IMG/VR virus record: IMGVR_UViG_3300030330_002998
Coordinates: 1-32,789 of that record
Direction: 5' to 3' (one strand)
Source of the DNA: a virus
Lineage: Duplodnaviria; Caudoviricetes
Length of the DNA stretch: 32,789 bases
A model generated the notes under the pieces. The model had not been told where the DNA came from. It saw nothing but the letters and a program-made list of their open reading frames with translations, and ran no database searches. Made by a program: the position numbers and the translations under genes. Below, piece after piece: positions 9,978-18,293 of this stretch; the first letter of the stretch is position 1, and every line of letters starts with the position of its first letter.

Positions 9978-12900
9978 ATGACCAACATCACAAGCACAGC
10001 TAGAACCAAAAGTTATACTGGTAATGGCACGGCTGGCCCATTTGATTTTTCCTTTCAGATTAACTCTTTTACTGAGGTAAAGGTATTCGTTGATGCTACG
10101 CTCAAAACAGCCGGTGTTCACTATAACGTAGAAAATTCTAGCAGTGAAAGTTCCAAGATTAATGCAGATGGCACGGGTCGAGTAAGGTTCACCTCTGGCA
10201 ACTTTCCAACCAATTCACAAACAATAACGATTGTATCTAATGTACCGCTTTCAAGAACGTCAGTGTATACCACTGGTGGCCCAATTACCGCTTCTTCTTT
10301 AGAGACTGACTTTGATACTAGCTTGATGCATCATCAACAAATTAGCACAAGAATTGATAGAACTATTGGTGTTCCAGAAGGTGAGCCAGATACTGTATCC
10401 ATGACCCTTCCGGCAGTAAGTCAACGGGCAAATCGTTTTTTAAGATTTGATGCTAATGGAAATGTTACGACTACTATAACTGCATCAGATTTGGCCATAG
10501 GCTCAAGCATTATCTTTGAGGGTGCAACGGCTAACGAATATGAAACAACTGTAACTGTAACTGACCCAACGGCAGACAGAACTTGGACGATACCAGATGT
10601 AACCGACACTTTTGTAGGCACAACAGCAACCCAATCGCTTAGTAATAAAACTTTAACTAACACGGCTATAACAAGTTTCAGTTCATCAGCATCGCACACA
10701 GGAGGTGTAGGCATTGGTATTGATGCACACGGTCATAGTGTGGGTGTCTCTATTGGTAAGAACGCAGGAAGAACCCAAGGACTGGACAGTTTTGTAGGCA
10801 CCCCATATAAAAGTGGATTTGGTACTGATTGGGATACCGATGGAACTATTAGCATCGGCTTTAGCGCAACAGAAGATATTAGGGGAAAAGGAAAGTATAA
10901 TGTTGCTATTGGATATGAAGCTTTGCAATATATTGGAGCAAATCAACCTTTTTTCACTAATTTTGACAATGGAGCTGGTGATAATATTGCTATAGGTAGA
11001 TTTGCTTTAAAAAATACTGATTTTACAGGCTACGGAAATGTAGCCCTAGGGGCAGGGTCTGGCTCTACAATTACGACTGGTGATGGTAATACAATGCTTG
11101 GTTTTAATACCGAGCCATCTTCTGCAACCGCAACTGCCGAATTTAAAATTGGTGCATATAATACGGATATTCTTGATACAGTTACTTATATGTCTGGGAC
11201 TGCATCCGGTACAGTTGGAACTGTTCTAGTAAATAATCATCTAACTGTTGGTGGGAATTTAACTGTGAATGGTGACACTGTAACGGTTAACACAGCAACA
11301 CTATCAGTAGAAGACCCTCTCATAATTTTAGCCAAGGCTAACAATAGTTCTGACAGTTTGGACATTGGTTTTTATGGATTGTATGACACTTCTGGTTCTC
11401 AGGATTTATACGCAGGATTATTCAGAGATGCCAATGATAGTGGCAAATGGAAGCTATTTAAAGACTTGCAATCTGAGCCAACAACTACAGTAGATACTAG
11501 TGGAACTGGTTATACAGTTGGAACTCTTGTTGCTAACGTAGAGGGCAATGTCACTGGAGATGTCACTGGAGATGTTACTGGCAACGTGAGTGGAACAGCT
11601 GGGATCGCAACAAGTATTACCGCTAGTGCAAATAACTCAACTGATGAAACAGTCTTTCCCACATTTGTTGATGGTGCTACTGGCACTCAAGGTTTGGAAA
11701 CAGACACAGGCTTTACCTATAACCCCTCTACTGGTGTGTTAACAGCTACACAATTTACTGGAACTTTAGCAGGCAATGCAACAAGTGCTACAACGGCTAC
11801 AAGTGCTACAACGGCTACAACGGCTACAAACGCTAATCATGTTTCTGTGGCTGATAACGAAAATACAGACGAAAATAATCTAATACCTTTCATTGAAGAT
11901 GGGTCTGCTACTGGAAATGTAGGTTTAGAAAGTGATGGAGATTTAACTTACAACCCTTCTACTGGTAGGCTTAGTGCAACACAATTAGCAGGAACTTTAC
12001 AAACAGCATCACAAACCAATATAACCGGTGTAGGTACAATCTCTACTGGTGTTTGGAATGCTACAGCAATAGCCGATGCTTACATTTCTTCTTCAGCTAC
12101 TTGGAATGCTAAAGTTGATACTGGTGGTACTGGGCTTACTAAAGTAGGTACAACTCTCAATGTGGATAGTTCTCAACCGGGTATAACGTCCCTTGGAACA
12201 TTAACGAGTTTATCTCTAGGCGATAGTAGCTTTTTAAACATAGGCGCAGGAAATGACTTACAGCTTTATCACAATAGTGCCAATAGTATCATACTCAATA
12301 ACACTGGTGTTTTCTATATAATAAGTGCTGTGGGAGACATGGAACTAAGGGCCTCTGGTGGTGACGGTGGCAATGATCCTTATGTGATATTAGATGCAAG
12401 TGAAGGAGAAACTAAATTAAACTATGTGTCTTCAGGAGTAAGTAGCACAAAACTCACAACAAAAACTGATGGTGTTGAGATCACAGGTGACCTCACAGCC
12501 AAGACATCAGACGGTGCAATCCTTAAATTACAAACGTCCGAACCAGCTGTGAATGTTGGAGATGTTTTGGGTGCTATTGAGTTTTCTGCACCAGATGAAA
12601 CTAGTGGTGGTGATGCTGATGATACTGCATTTTCTATTACAGCGTTCGCAGACAGTACTTTTTCTAATAGTAGTAATAAGGCAGACTTGGTGTTCAAAGC
12701 AGATACAACGGAGGTGATGCGTGTTGAACATCAGGGCAACATGGTACTTGGTGGAAACATCACAGCCAAGGATTCATCAGGTGCTGTACTCACCCTGCAA
12801 ACGAGTATTCAAAGTGTGGGGATAAGTCAAACACTAGGAGCTATACAATTTCAGGCTCCAGATGAAACTAGTGGTGGTGATGCTAATAATGTTGCGGCTT

Positions 12901-13730
12901 CTATTGTGGCTCAACCGACAACTAGTTTTACGTCTACCAATAATTCTACTGATCTAATATTCAAGTTAGGTGTTTCTGGAACAGCTACTGAAAAGATGAG
13001 ATTAGAGCATGAAGGTACTTTAAAATTAGGTTCGGACACTGTTGCAACTAGAGAGCAACTAAAGGGTGACGCTACCAATGGAGCAGGGGTTTTTAGTGAT
13101 GAGTTGATTGCAAGAAAACTTCATACAGGCTGTATATTAACTGCACAAGATGATTCTTCTCAAGGAATGATAGCAGGTAGACCACATGGAGGATTTTTCT
13201 CTCAATTTAGTGTTACAGGCGATCGTATTTATTTTATGCCGATAATGATACCCGGCACAGGAGCATCAGGAAACTTCACTGTTGGAGGCTTTCAATTTAG
13301 GACTGGATTTAGTGGAACAGTCACAAATCGCACTGTTAAAATGGGTCTTTACACCCTTAACACACAGGGATATCCCTCTCAGCTTGTATCAAAAAGTTCA
13401 ACTTCTTCAGGAACGACACTGAATACACAGGTGCTTGCTACTCCAGATGTTACGTCAATAACACCAGGCAGATATGCTATGGCTTTAGTATCTGTGGCAG
13501 GAAGCACTCTTATAGTAAGTAATTTTAATTCTACTGGTGCAGGAGGAAGTTTTTATCAAGAGGGGTTTTGTGATTTTATGACATCACAAAAACCCACTGG
13601 TCTTGCTCTTGATGGTGCAATGAGTTCAGGTGAATTGCCCACAGATTTATCCTCAACCTCGGGCTATGGTGACCAACAATCTGTGCCATATATGATGATA
13701 ACTTATGGATCAACCTATACAGGAGAATAA
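9978..13730 (+). CDS. Tail fibre / receptor-binding protein with T7-like N-terminal adaptor domain
   Basis: N-terminal YTGNGT.GPF.FSF...LETDFD adaptor; Thr/Gly/Ser-rich repetitive body; NVAIG repeats; distinct C-terminal domain; followed by a chaperone gene. Confidence 0.9.
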   Translation: MTNITSTARTKSYTGNGTAGPFDFSFQINSFTEVKVFVDATLKTAGVHYNVENSSSESSKINADGTGRVRFTSGNFPTNSQTITIVSNVPLSRTSVYTTGGPITASSLETDFDTSLMHHQQISTRIDRTIGVPEGEPDTVSMTLPAVSQRANRFLRFDANGNVTTTITASDLAIGSSIIFEGATANEYETTVTVTDPTADRTWTIPDVTDTFVGTTATQSLSNKTLTNTAITSFSSSASHTGGVGIGIDAHGHSVGVSIGKNAGRTQGLDSFVGTPYKSGFGTDWDTDGTISIGFSATEDIRGKGKYNVAIGYEALQYIGANQPFFTNFDNGAGDNIAIGRFALKNTDFTGYGNVALGAGSGSTITTGDGNTMLGFNTEPSSATATAEFKIGAYNTDILDTVTYMSGTASGTVGTVLVNNHLTVGGNLTVNGDTVTVNTATLSVEDPLIILAKANNSSDSLDIGFYGLYDTSGSQDLYAGLFRDANDSGKWKLFKDLQSEPTTTVDTSGTGYTVGTLVANVEGNVTGDVTGDVTGNVSGTAGIATSITASANNSTDETVFPTFVDGATGTQGLETDTGFTYNPSTGVLTATQFTGTLAGNATSATTATSATTATTATNANHVSVADNENTDENNLIPFIEDGSATGNVGLESDGDLTYNPSTGRLSATQLAGTLQTASQTNITGVGTISTGVWNATAIADAYISSSATWNAKVDTGGTGLTKVGTTLNVDSSQPGITSLGTLTSLSLGDSSFLNIGAGNDLQLYHNSANSIILNNTGVFYIISAVGDMELRASGGDGGNDPYVILDASEGETKLNYVSSGVSSTKLTTKTDGVEITGDLTAKTSDGAILKLQTSEPAVNVGDVLGAIEFSAPDETSGGDADDTAFSITAFADSTFSNSSNKADLVFKADTTEVMRVEHQGNMVLGGNITAKDSSGAVLTLQTSIQSVGISQTLGAIQFQAPDETSGGDANNVAASIVAQPTTSFTSTNNSTDLIFKLGVSGTATEKMRLEHEGTLKLGSDTVATREQLKGDATNGAGVFSDELIARKLHTGCILTAQDDSSQGMIAGRPHGGFFSQFSVTGDRIYFMPIMIPGTGASGNFTVGGFQFRTGFSGTVTNRTVKMGLYTLNTQGYPSQLVSKSSTSSGTTLNTQVLATPDVTSITPGRYAMALVSVAGSTLIVSNFNSTGAGGSFYQEGFCDFMTSQKPTGLALDGAMSSGELPTDLSSTSGYGDQQSVPYMMITYGSTYTGE
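11549..11590 (+). repeat. In-frame 12-bp tandem repeat (G-N/D-V-T)
   Basis: tgtcactggaga tgtcactggaga tgttactggcaa. Confidence 0.8.
11781..11829 (+). repeat. In-frame 18/9-bp tandem repeat (TSATTA / TTA)
   Basis: acaagtgctacaacggct x2 followed by acaacggct acaa. Confidence 0.85.
12591..12884 (+). repeat. 27-bp perfect direct repeat (12591-12617 and 12858-12884) inside duplicated fibre modules
   Basis: ccagatgaaactagtggtggtgatgct (PDETSGGDA) twice, 267 bp (89 codons) apart. Confidence 0.92.
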
Positions 13731-13732
13731 AA

Positions 13733-14035
13733 GTGCCTTGTAGACGAAAAGATGTTTTTGTAGATAAAGATGGAAATAGAACTGAAACAGAAGAAGTATT
13801 ATCTTGGGATGAAATACGCTATTGGAGAGATTATGCGTTAACCTTTTCGGATCATTTTACAAGAAGTGATCGTTGGGATGACCTAACTTCACAGCAACGA
13901 GTAGAACTTAAAGCATTTAGAAAAACTTTGAGAGACATACCTCAAACATATTCTAAAGAAGAAGATGTAATTTTTCCTGCGAAACCATCTTGGTTGAATA
14001 TTGAGGTAAATGAATATATTTTTACTGGTGAATAA
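13733..14035 (+). CDS. Tail fibre assembly chaperone
   Basis: W..IR..RD..L..SD....D.........EL..FR..LRDIPQ....FP.KP pattern, immediately after the fibre gene. Confidence 0.8.
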   Translation: MPCRRKDVFVDKDGNRTETEEVLSWDEIRYWRDYALTFSDHFTRSDRWDDLTSQQRVELKAFRKTLRDIPQTYSKEEDVIFPAKPSWLNIEVNEYIFTGE

Positions 14036-14047
14036 AGGAGAAAACTA

Positions 14048-14260
14048 ATGACAAAGAAGCAACAACAACAAAGTAACGTCATCACTATTGATAACAAAGA
14101 ATACGAAACTGAAAAACTATCAGAGAAAGCAAAGTTCTGCATACAAGCTTTGAGTTCTAATCAAGCAAAAAGGCAACAGCTAGAAATTGAAATTAATAAT
14201 GTTGATGTTTGCCTAAGTCATTATTCAAAAGAGTTAAAGAAAGAGCTAATAGATCTATGA
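14048..14260 (+). CDS. Small coiled-coil phage protein (tail-region family)
   Basis: Strong RBS AAGGAG; ITIDNKEY..E.LS...K motif followed by a coiled coil. Confidence 0.7.
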   Translation: MTKKQQQQSNVITIDNKEYETEKLSEKAKFCIQALSSNQAKRQQLEIEINNVDVCLSHYSKELKKELIDL

Positions 14261-14436
14261 CCAAGCAAGATATAAATGCGATCCTGATGGAGCTGAGTGT
14301 TCTCAAGAATGATATGTATCACTTTCGCCAAGACATGGAACGCAGAGTTTCTCGACTAGAAAGAATAGTAATATCGATAACTGCATTCTATGTGATCAGT
14401 TCTTTCGGTGTGATATTCAATACGATAGTGTTGTGA
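14257..14436 (+). CDS. XhlA-like coiled-coil protein with C-terminal TM helix
   Basis: ATGA overlap at 14257; ERRVSRLE coiled coil then a hydrophobic helix. Confidence 0.6.
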   Translation: MTKQDINAILMELSVLKNDMYHFRQDMERRVSRLERIVISITAFYVISSFGVIFNTIVL

Positions 14437-14442
14437 CCTCCT

Positions 14443-14940
14443 ATGTTCGATCCAGTCACCATAACAACGGCACTGGGTGTAGCTTCATCGGCAATGACAC
14501 AAATAAAAAGAATGTATGACCACGGAAAAGATATATCCGAAATGAGCGGTCAAATCGGGAAGTGGATGAATGCCTATGCTGAAGTCGATGCTTTGGAAAA
14601 GGAAGCAAAGAACCCTTCTTTTCTTAGAAAGATGACATCGGGAAAGTCTATAGAGGAGGTAGCCCTCCAAGCTTTTGAAGGTCGGAAGAAGTTAGAGCAG
14701 GATCGCTATGAACTCAAGATGATGCTGTCCTTCCGCTATGGCCCTGCCAGTTGGAACCAGTTGCTTGAGCTTGAAGGAAAAATTCGAAAACAAGTAAGGG
14801 ACGAGAAGATAGCTCGTTTAAAATTTAGAGATAAGGTGATTACTTATGTTGCACTTGTTGTCGTTGTCATTATCGGTTGTGGTATACTTTATTATTTTAC
14901 TTATGGTCTTGTCCTCTTGGATCGAGGTGAACTCGGCTGA
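14443..14940 (+). CDS. Membrane-anchored hypothetical phage protein
   Basis: MFDPVTITTA.. amphipathic start, coiled coil, C-terminal TM segment. Confidence 0.75.
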   Translation: MFDPVTITTALGVASSAMTQIKRMYDHGKDISEMSGQIGKWMNAYAEVDALEKEAKNPSFLRKMTSGKSIEEVALQAFEGRKKLEQDRYELKMMLSFRYGPASWNQLLELEGKIRKQVRDEKIARLKFRDKVITYVALVVVVIIGCGILYYFTYGLVLLDRGELG

Positions 14941-15226
14941 ACATTTTGAAAGGAAAACATATGATTGGAGAAATGATACGAAACGCTTGGACAATGGTAA
15001 AAAAACTATTTGTCGGCTCGCCAAAAGAGTTAGAAACAAAAGCCCCGGAAGAAGCTTACAAGAATATTTTTGCATCTACCAAGGGGCAAACGGTACGACA
15101 GAAACGATCATCGTCCAAGACGCAAACCACTGCCAAAAAGAAATCGTCTGCGACTACAACCCAAACGAAGAGAAGAAGCCAACCATCAAAGAAACTCTTG
15201 AAGCCATAAGGAAAGCAATGGAATGA
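14846..15226 (+). CDS. Cys-containing putative exported protein (start uncertain, 14846 or 14927)
   Basis: Hydrophobic N-terminus; four Cys (TICRL, FCIY, HCQKEIVC); ATGA coupling to the next gene. Confidence 0.65.
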   Translation: MLHLLSLSLSVVVYFIILLMVLSSWIEVNSAEHFERKTYDWRNDTKRLDNGKKTICRLAKRVRNKSPGRSLQEYFCIYQGANGTTETIIVQDANHCQKEIVCDYNPNEEKKPTIKETLEAIRKAME

Positions 15227-15426
15227 CCCCAGAGACTTTAGATAAATGGAAGATACTTCCCAGAGCAATGATGGTTGTGATTACTGTTATGAGTTACCGG
15301 GTTGCTGAATGGTATATGTCTCTGCCAGATCCTACAATAGAGCAGTCTGGTTTCTGCTCAATAATTATAGGATGCCTTACAGGATCGTTTGCAATATGGA
15401 TGGGAAAGGAGGCCCAAGGTAAATGA
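15223..15426 (+). CDS. Small 2-TM membrane protein, holin-like
   Basis: LDKWKILPR followed by two hydrophobic helices; lysis region. Confidence 0.65.
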   Translation: MTPETLDKWKILPRAMMVVITVMSYRVAEWYMSLPDPTIEQSGFCSIIIGCLTGSFAIWMGKEAQGK

Positions 15427-15596
15427 CTAAACAAATAAGCATGACAAAGATGTTAACACCTCAACAAGAAAAGACTATGAAGAAGCATAGCGTTCACCAC
15501 ACAAAAAAGCACATGGCTACTATGCGTAAGGAGATGCTTGCCGGGAAGTCGTTTTCTCAGGCACACAAAATAGCAATGAAGAAGGATGGCAAATGA
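15423..15596 (+). CDS. Basic His/Lys/Met-rich microprotein (57 aa, not in ORF track)
   Basis: MTKQISMTKMLTPQQEKTMKKHSVHHTKKHMATMRKEMLAGKSFSQAHKIAMKKDGK; ATGA overlaps at both ends. Confidence 0.75.
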   Translation: MTKQISMTKMLTPQQEKTMKKHSVHHTKKHMATMRKEMLAGKSFSQAHKIAMKKDGK

Positions 15597-15973
15597 GTTT
15601 GATTAGTACACTGACTGGCCCGGTCTTAGGTCTTCTGGATAAGTTTGTAGAGGACAAAGATCAGAAAGCAAAGCTTGCACATGAGTTGGCAACGATGGCA
15701 GACAAACACGCTCAAGAGCAGTTGCTTGCTCAACTAGCTATCAACAAGGAAGAAGCGAAGGGTAATTGGTTTCAGAGTTCCTGGCGTCCGTTCATTGGGT
15801 GGGTTTGCGGTTTATCCCTAACAATAAATTATCTTATATCGCCATTGTGTGCAGGGTTTGGTATACTCATACCCCAAGCAGACATGACAGTAATGATGCC
15901 GCTTCTACTTGGGATGTTGGGGATTGCCGGGATGAGGAGCTTTGATAAGACAAAGAAGGTTGATACCAAATGA
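15593..15973 (+). CDS. Holin of 3 TMs (GTA-type holin family)
   Basis: LDKFVEDKDQK, WRPFIGW, LLGMLGIAGMRSFDK motifs. Confidence 0.88.
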   Translation: MSLISTLTGPVLGLLDKFVEDKDQKAKLAHELATMADKHAQEQLLAQLAINKEEAKGNWFQSSWRPFIGWVCGLSLTINYLISPLCAGFGILIPQADMTVMMPLLLGMLGIAGMRSFDKTKKVDTK

Positions 15974-16239
15974 GAAAAGAACACAAGAACCCCAAAGGGG
16001 GGCTAACACAAAAGGGTCGAGACTACTTCAAAAGAACACAAGGGTCTAACCTTAAAGCTCCAATATCAAGTGGAACTAATCAACGAAGAATTAATTTTGC
16101 CCACAGATTTAAGGGGGTGAAAGGGCCACTCAAAGATGAGAAGGGAAGACCAACCCGGTTGAAACTAGCGATGTCTAGATGGGGATTTAGATCAAAGGAA
16201 AGTATGAGGAACTTTTCAGAAAGGCATAAGAAAACATGA
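15970..16239 (+). CDS. Small basic protein (KNPKGGL..KGR family)
   Basis: Highly Lys/Arg-rich; translationally coupled. Confidence 0.75.
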   Translation: MRKEHKNPKGGLTQKGRDYFKRTQGSNLKAPISSGTNQRRINFAHRFKGVKGPLKDEKGRPTRLKLAMSRWGFRSKESMRNFSERHKKT

Positions 16240-16421
16240 GGAAGTTTTCACCTGTAGCTAAAACAAAAAAGGGAGTGCCATTGAAATATGTTGCTTCTGC
16301 CAAGAACAAGTCTGCAAGAGAGAAAGAGATACTCAGAACCCGTAGACTGTACAAGCAAGGGAAACTTACCCCTCGCATGATGGACTTAATATCAAAACAA
16401 AGGAGTAAAGACAGTGGCTAA
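16236..16421 (+). CDS. Small basic protein
   Basis: GVP.KY motif, Lys/Arg-rich, coupled overlaps. Confidence 0.7.
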   Translation: MRKFSPVAKTKKGVPLKYVASAKNKSAREKEILRTRRLYKQGKLTPRMMDLISKQRSKDSG

Positions 16422-16656
16422 ATATGACAGTATTCCCGGTGCAGGTCGGTTCTCCAAAAGCACCTTAGACAAAGTTTACAAGAGAGGACTTGGGGCCTAC
16501 TATTCATCAGGATCTCGAGGAGTGTCCTCACACGCTTGGGCGATGGGTCGCGTAAAAAGTTTTGTTTCTGGTAAGGGTGGAGCTAGAAAAGCAGATAAGG
16601 ATCTACTCGGTAAAAAGAAATCATCAATGTCAAAGATAGTAAAAAAGAAAGGATAA
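16414..16656 (+). CDS. Small basic protein, DUF5824-like
   Basis: L.KVYKRG.GA..SSGSR...S...WA..RV.SF motif. Confidence 0.7.
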   Translation: MAKYDSIPGAGRFSKSTLDKVYKRGLGAYYSSGSRGVSSHAWAMGRVKSFVSGKGGARKADKDLLGKKKSSMSKIVKKKG

Positions 16657-16659
16657 GCT

Positions 16660-16812
16660 ATGCCATTCAAAGATTATTCACCTAAACAAAAGAAGCTTGC
16701 TCAAGTCGCTGAACCCAGAGACAAGATAACAGGTGCTGATTTTAAGAAGCTGCGTATAGGTAAGAAGAAAAAACCTAGCATGAAAAAAATGATGGAGGTC
16801 AAGAGTGCCTGA
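16660..16812 (+). CDS. Basic microprotein (50 aa, not in ORF track)
   Basis: MPFKDYSPKQKKLAQVAEPRDKITGADFKKLRIGKKKKPSMKKMMEVKSA; RBS AAAGGA; fills the gap before the endolysin. Confidence 0.72.
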   Translation: MPFKDYSPKQKKLAQVAEPRDKITGADFKKLRIGKKKKPSMKKMMEVKSA

Positions 16813-17326
16813 GACATTTGAGATAGCAATCAAGGAAGTCCTTCACCACGAAGGTGGCTTTGTAAATATGAAAGAAGATCCGGGGGGAATGACAAACAAA
16901 GGTATAACTAAGAGAGTATATGAAAAGTGGATAGGTCGAGAAGCATCTGAACAAGAGATGCGTGACCTCACAGAAGAGACAGCCATTGCGATATATAAAA
17001 AGAATTACTGGGATCGCAACCGTTGCGACATGGTAGAAGATGCGAGTTCTCCCGGTGTTGCCTACTTCCTCCTAGATTTTTGTGTGAACGCCGGGAGACA
17101 AGGGGCGAAGTGTCTACAAAAGTCTATAGGTGCAAATCCAGATGGAGTGATTGGCCCCAAGACAATAGCCATACTCAAGAAGATGGATAGTGATTATGTG
17201 CTTGAGCAGATGCATATGCACCGACAGAAGTTCTATGAAAGCCTAAAAACCTTTGAGACATTTGGTCGAGGGTGGACTAGAAGAAATGATGAAGCTTTAG
17301 CAAAGGGCAAAAAAATGCCCCGATGA
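16805..17326 (+). CDS. Endolysin, glycoside hydrolase family 108 with C-terminal peptidoglycan-binding domain
   Basis: HEGGFVN..DPGG.T..GIT catalytic motif; DGVIGPKT; FGRGWTRR. Confidence 0.92.
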   Translation: MPETFEIAIKEVLHHEGGFVNMKEDPGGMTNKGITKRVYEKWIGREASEQEMRDLTEETAIAIYKKNYWDRNRCDMVEDASSPGVAYFLLDFCVNAGRQGAKCLQKSIGANPDGVIGPKTIAILKKMDSDYVLEQMHMHRQKFYESLKTFETFGRGWTRRNDEALAKGKKMPR

Positions 17327-17334
17327 ACGGGGCA
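17309..17334 (-). terminator. Rho-independent terminator for the leftward operon (possibly bidirectional)
   Basis: TGCCCCG-ATGAA-CGGGGCA hairpin preceded by an A-run (U-tract on the minus strand), at the convergence of two operons. Confidence 0.75.
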
Positions 17335-17359
17335 AGTTGAAGGATACTGACAATGAAAA

Positions 17360-17611
17360 CTACTTGACTATTCTAGTAGTGCCATCCAAGTTCCGCAATA
17401 CCTTTATGGCTCTGGGCTTTCTGAAATCTCGCACAAGAAATCCCTTTCTCTCCAGAGCCTTAAGATTGTCAGTAACGGCAGAAAAAGATTTGATACCCAT
17501 AGCAGTTCTTATTTCATCATAAGTTGGCATATAATAATTCTGCTCATAGAAGTTTATGATCATCTCCAAAAATTCTTTTTGCCGTTTTGTTGGGGGAAAA
17601 TCATTCAGCAT
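17360..17611 (-). CDS. LexA-type winged-helix DNA-binding domain protein, no peptidase domain
   Basis: T.RQ.E.L..I........PT..EI...G..S...V...L.ALERKG.L.R....RAI. Confidence 0.88.
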   Translation of the reverse strand: MLNDFPPTKRQKEFLEMIINFYEQNYYMPTYDEIRTAMGIKSFSAVTDNLKALERKGFLVRDFRKPRAIKVLRNLDGTTRIVK

Positions 17612-18293
17612 TGGGAGTGTTCTCCATTTGCTTGAGCTTCTTATCTAACTGAGCAAACCTTTCATTGTGACCGTTATCAATAAAGTCATCAAAGTTCTTT
17701 ATACGTTCAAGCAGAGCCTTGTTATTCTCTCTCATCTTAACTCCACATTCCTTCAGATCTGCCCCCTCATACTTCTTCATTTGTGAGGATAGCATGATAT
17801 CGAGCTTGGTAACGGCTGACGGAACATCAGGTGATTTAGTCCATTGACCTGTAGAATTATATATCAGTATGTTACTGATTGAAGTAGGCTTTTTGGATTT
17901 ATTACCATCTCTTTTTTGAGCTTCCTTCCCGTCATCATCTTCTTCTGAAGCAAGACCTATAACCATCGATATGCCATATCTTTTGGCATAAGTGATAGCA
18001 CTGCCAAGACCCATCATATCTCCCTTGCGATTGATAGCAGGTATTTGCGTTTTAAAAACACCCCCACTCTCATGCATCAGAAGTGTCTCAACATATTGCT
18101 GACCGTCTTCACCTGCAACCATGCCATGAAAGTAGGCAAACCCATTATCAACTAATGGTTTCTTGATAGCATCATAAACACTAGCAAGATCAGCATACTT
18201 TGAGAAAGCACCTGTCTCACTTTTCTTTGCGTGTTTAAGCTCCTTCTGCACTTTGGATAGTGCTTTGATATGATCTGTTCCAAGTTGTGTCAT
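17601..18293 (-). CDS. erf: ERF-family single-strand annealing protein
   Basis: KYADL...., GSAITYAKRY.....GL..EEDDDG. Confidence 0.9.
   Translation of the reverse strand: MTQLGTDHIKALSKVQKELKHAKKSETGAFSKYADLASVYDAIKKPLVDNGFAYFHGMVAGEDGQQYVETLLMHESGGVFKTQIPAINRKGDMMGLGSAITYAKRYGISMVIGLASEEDDDGKEAQKRDGNKSKKPTSISNILIYNSTGQWTKSPDVPSAVTKLDIMLSSQMKKYEGADLKECGVKMRENNKALLERIKNFDDFIDNGHNERFAQLDKKLKQMENTPNAE

Noticed and set aside
825-12731. Numerous antisense or alternative-frame ORFs within the structural genes (for example 7807-8406 minus)
   Set aside because: Shadow ORFs of long genes, with no RBS or recognisable motifs
9978-13730. Diversity-generating retroelement or invertible tail-fibre cassette
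   Set aside because: Despite the BPP-1-like virion and a serine recombinase, I found no reverse transcriptase, no TR/VR pair with adenine-specific mismatches and no inverted alternative fibre tip
14946-15209. 87-aa alternative-frame ORF
   Set aside because: Lies within the better-supported Cys-containing ORF, which is coupled to the next gene; low-complexity product
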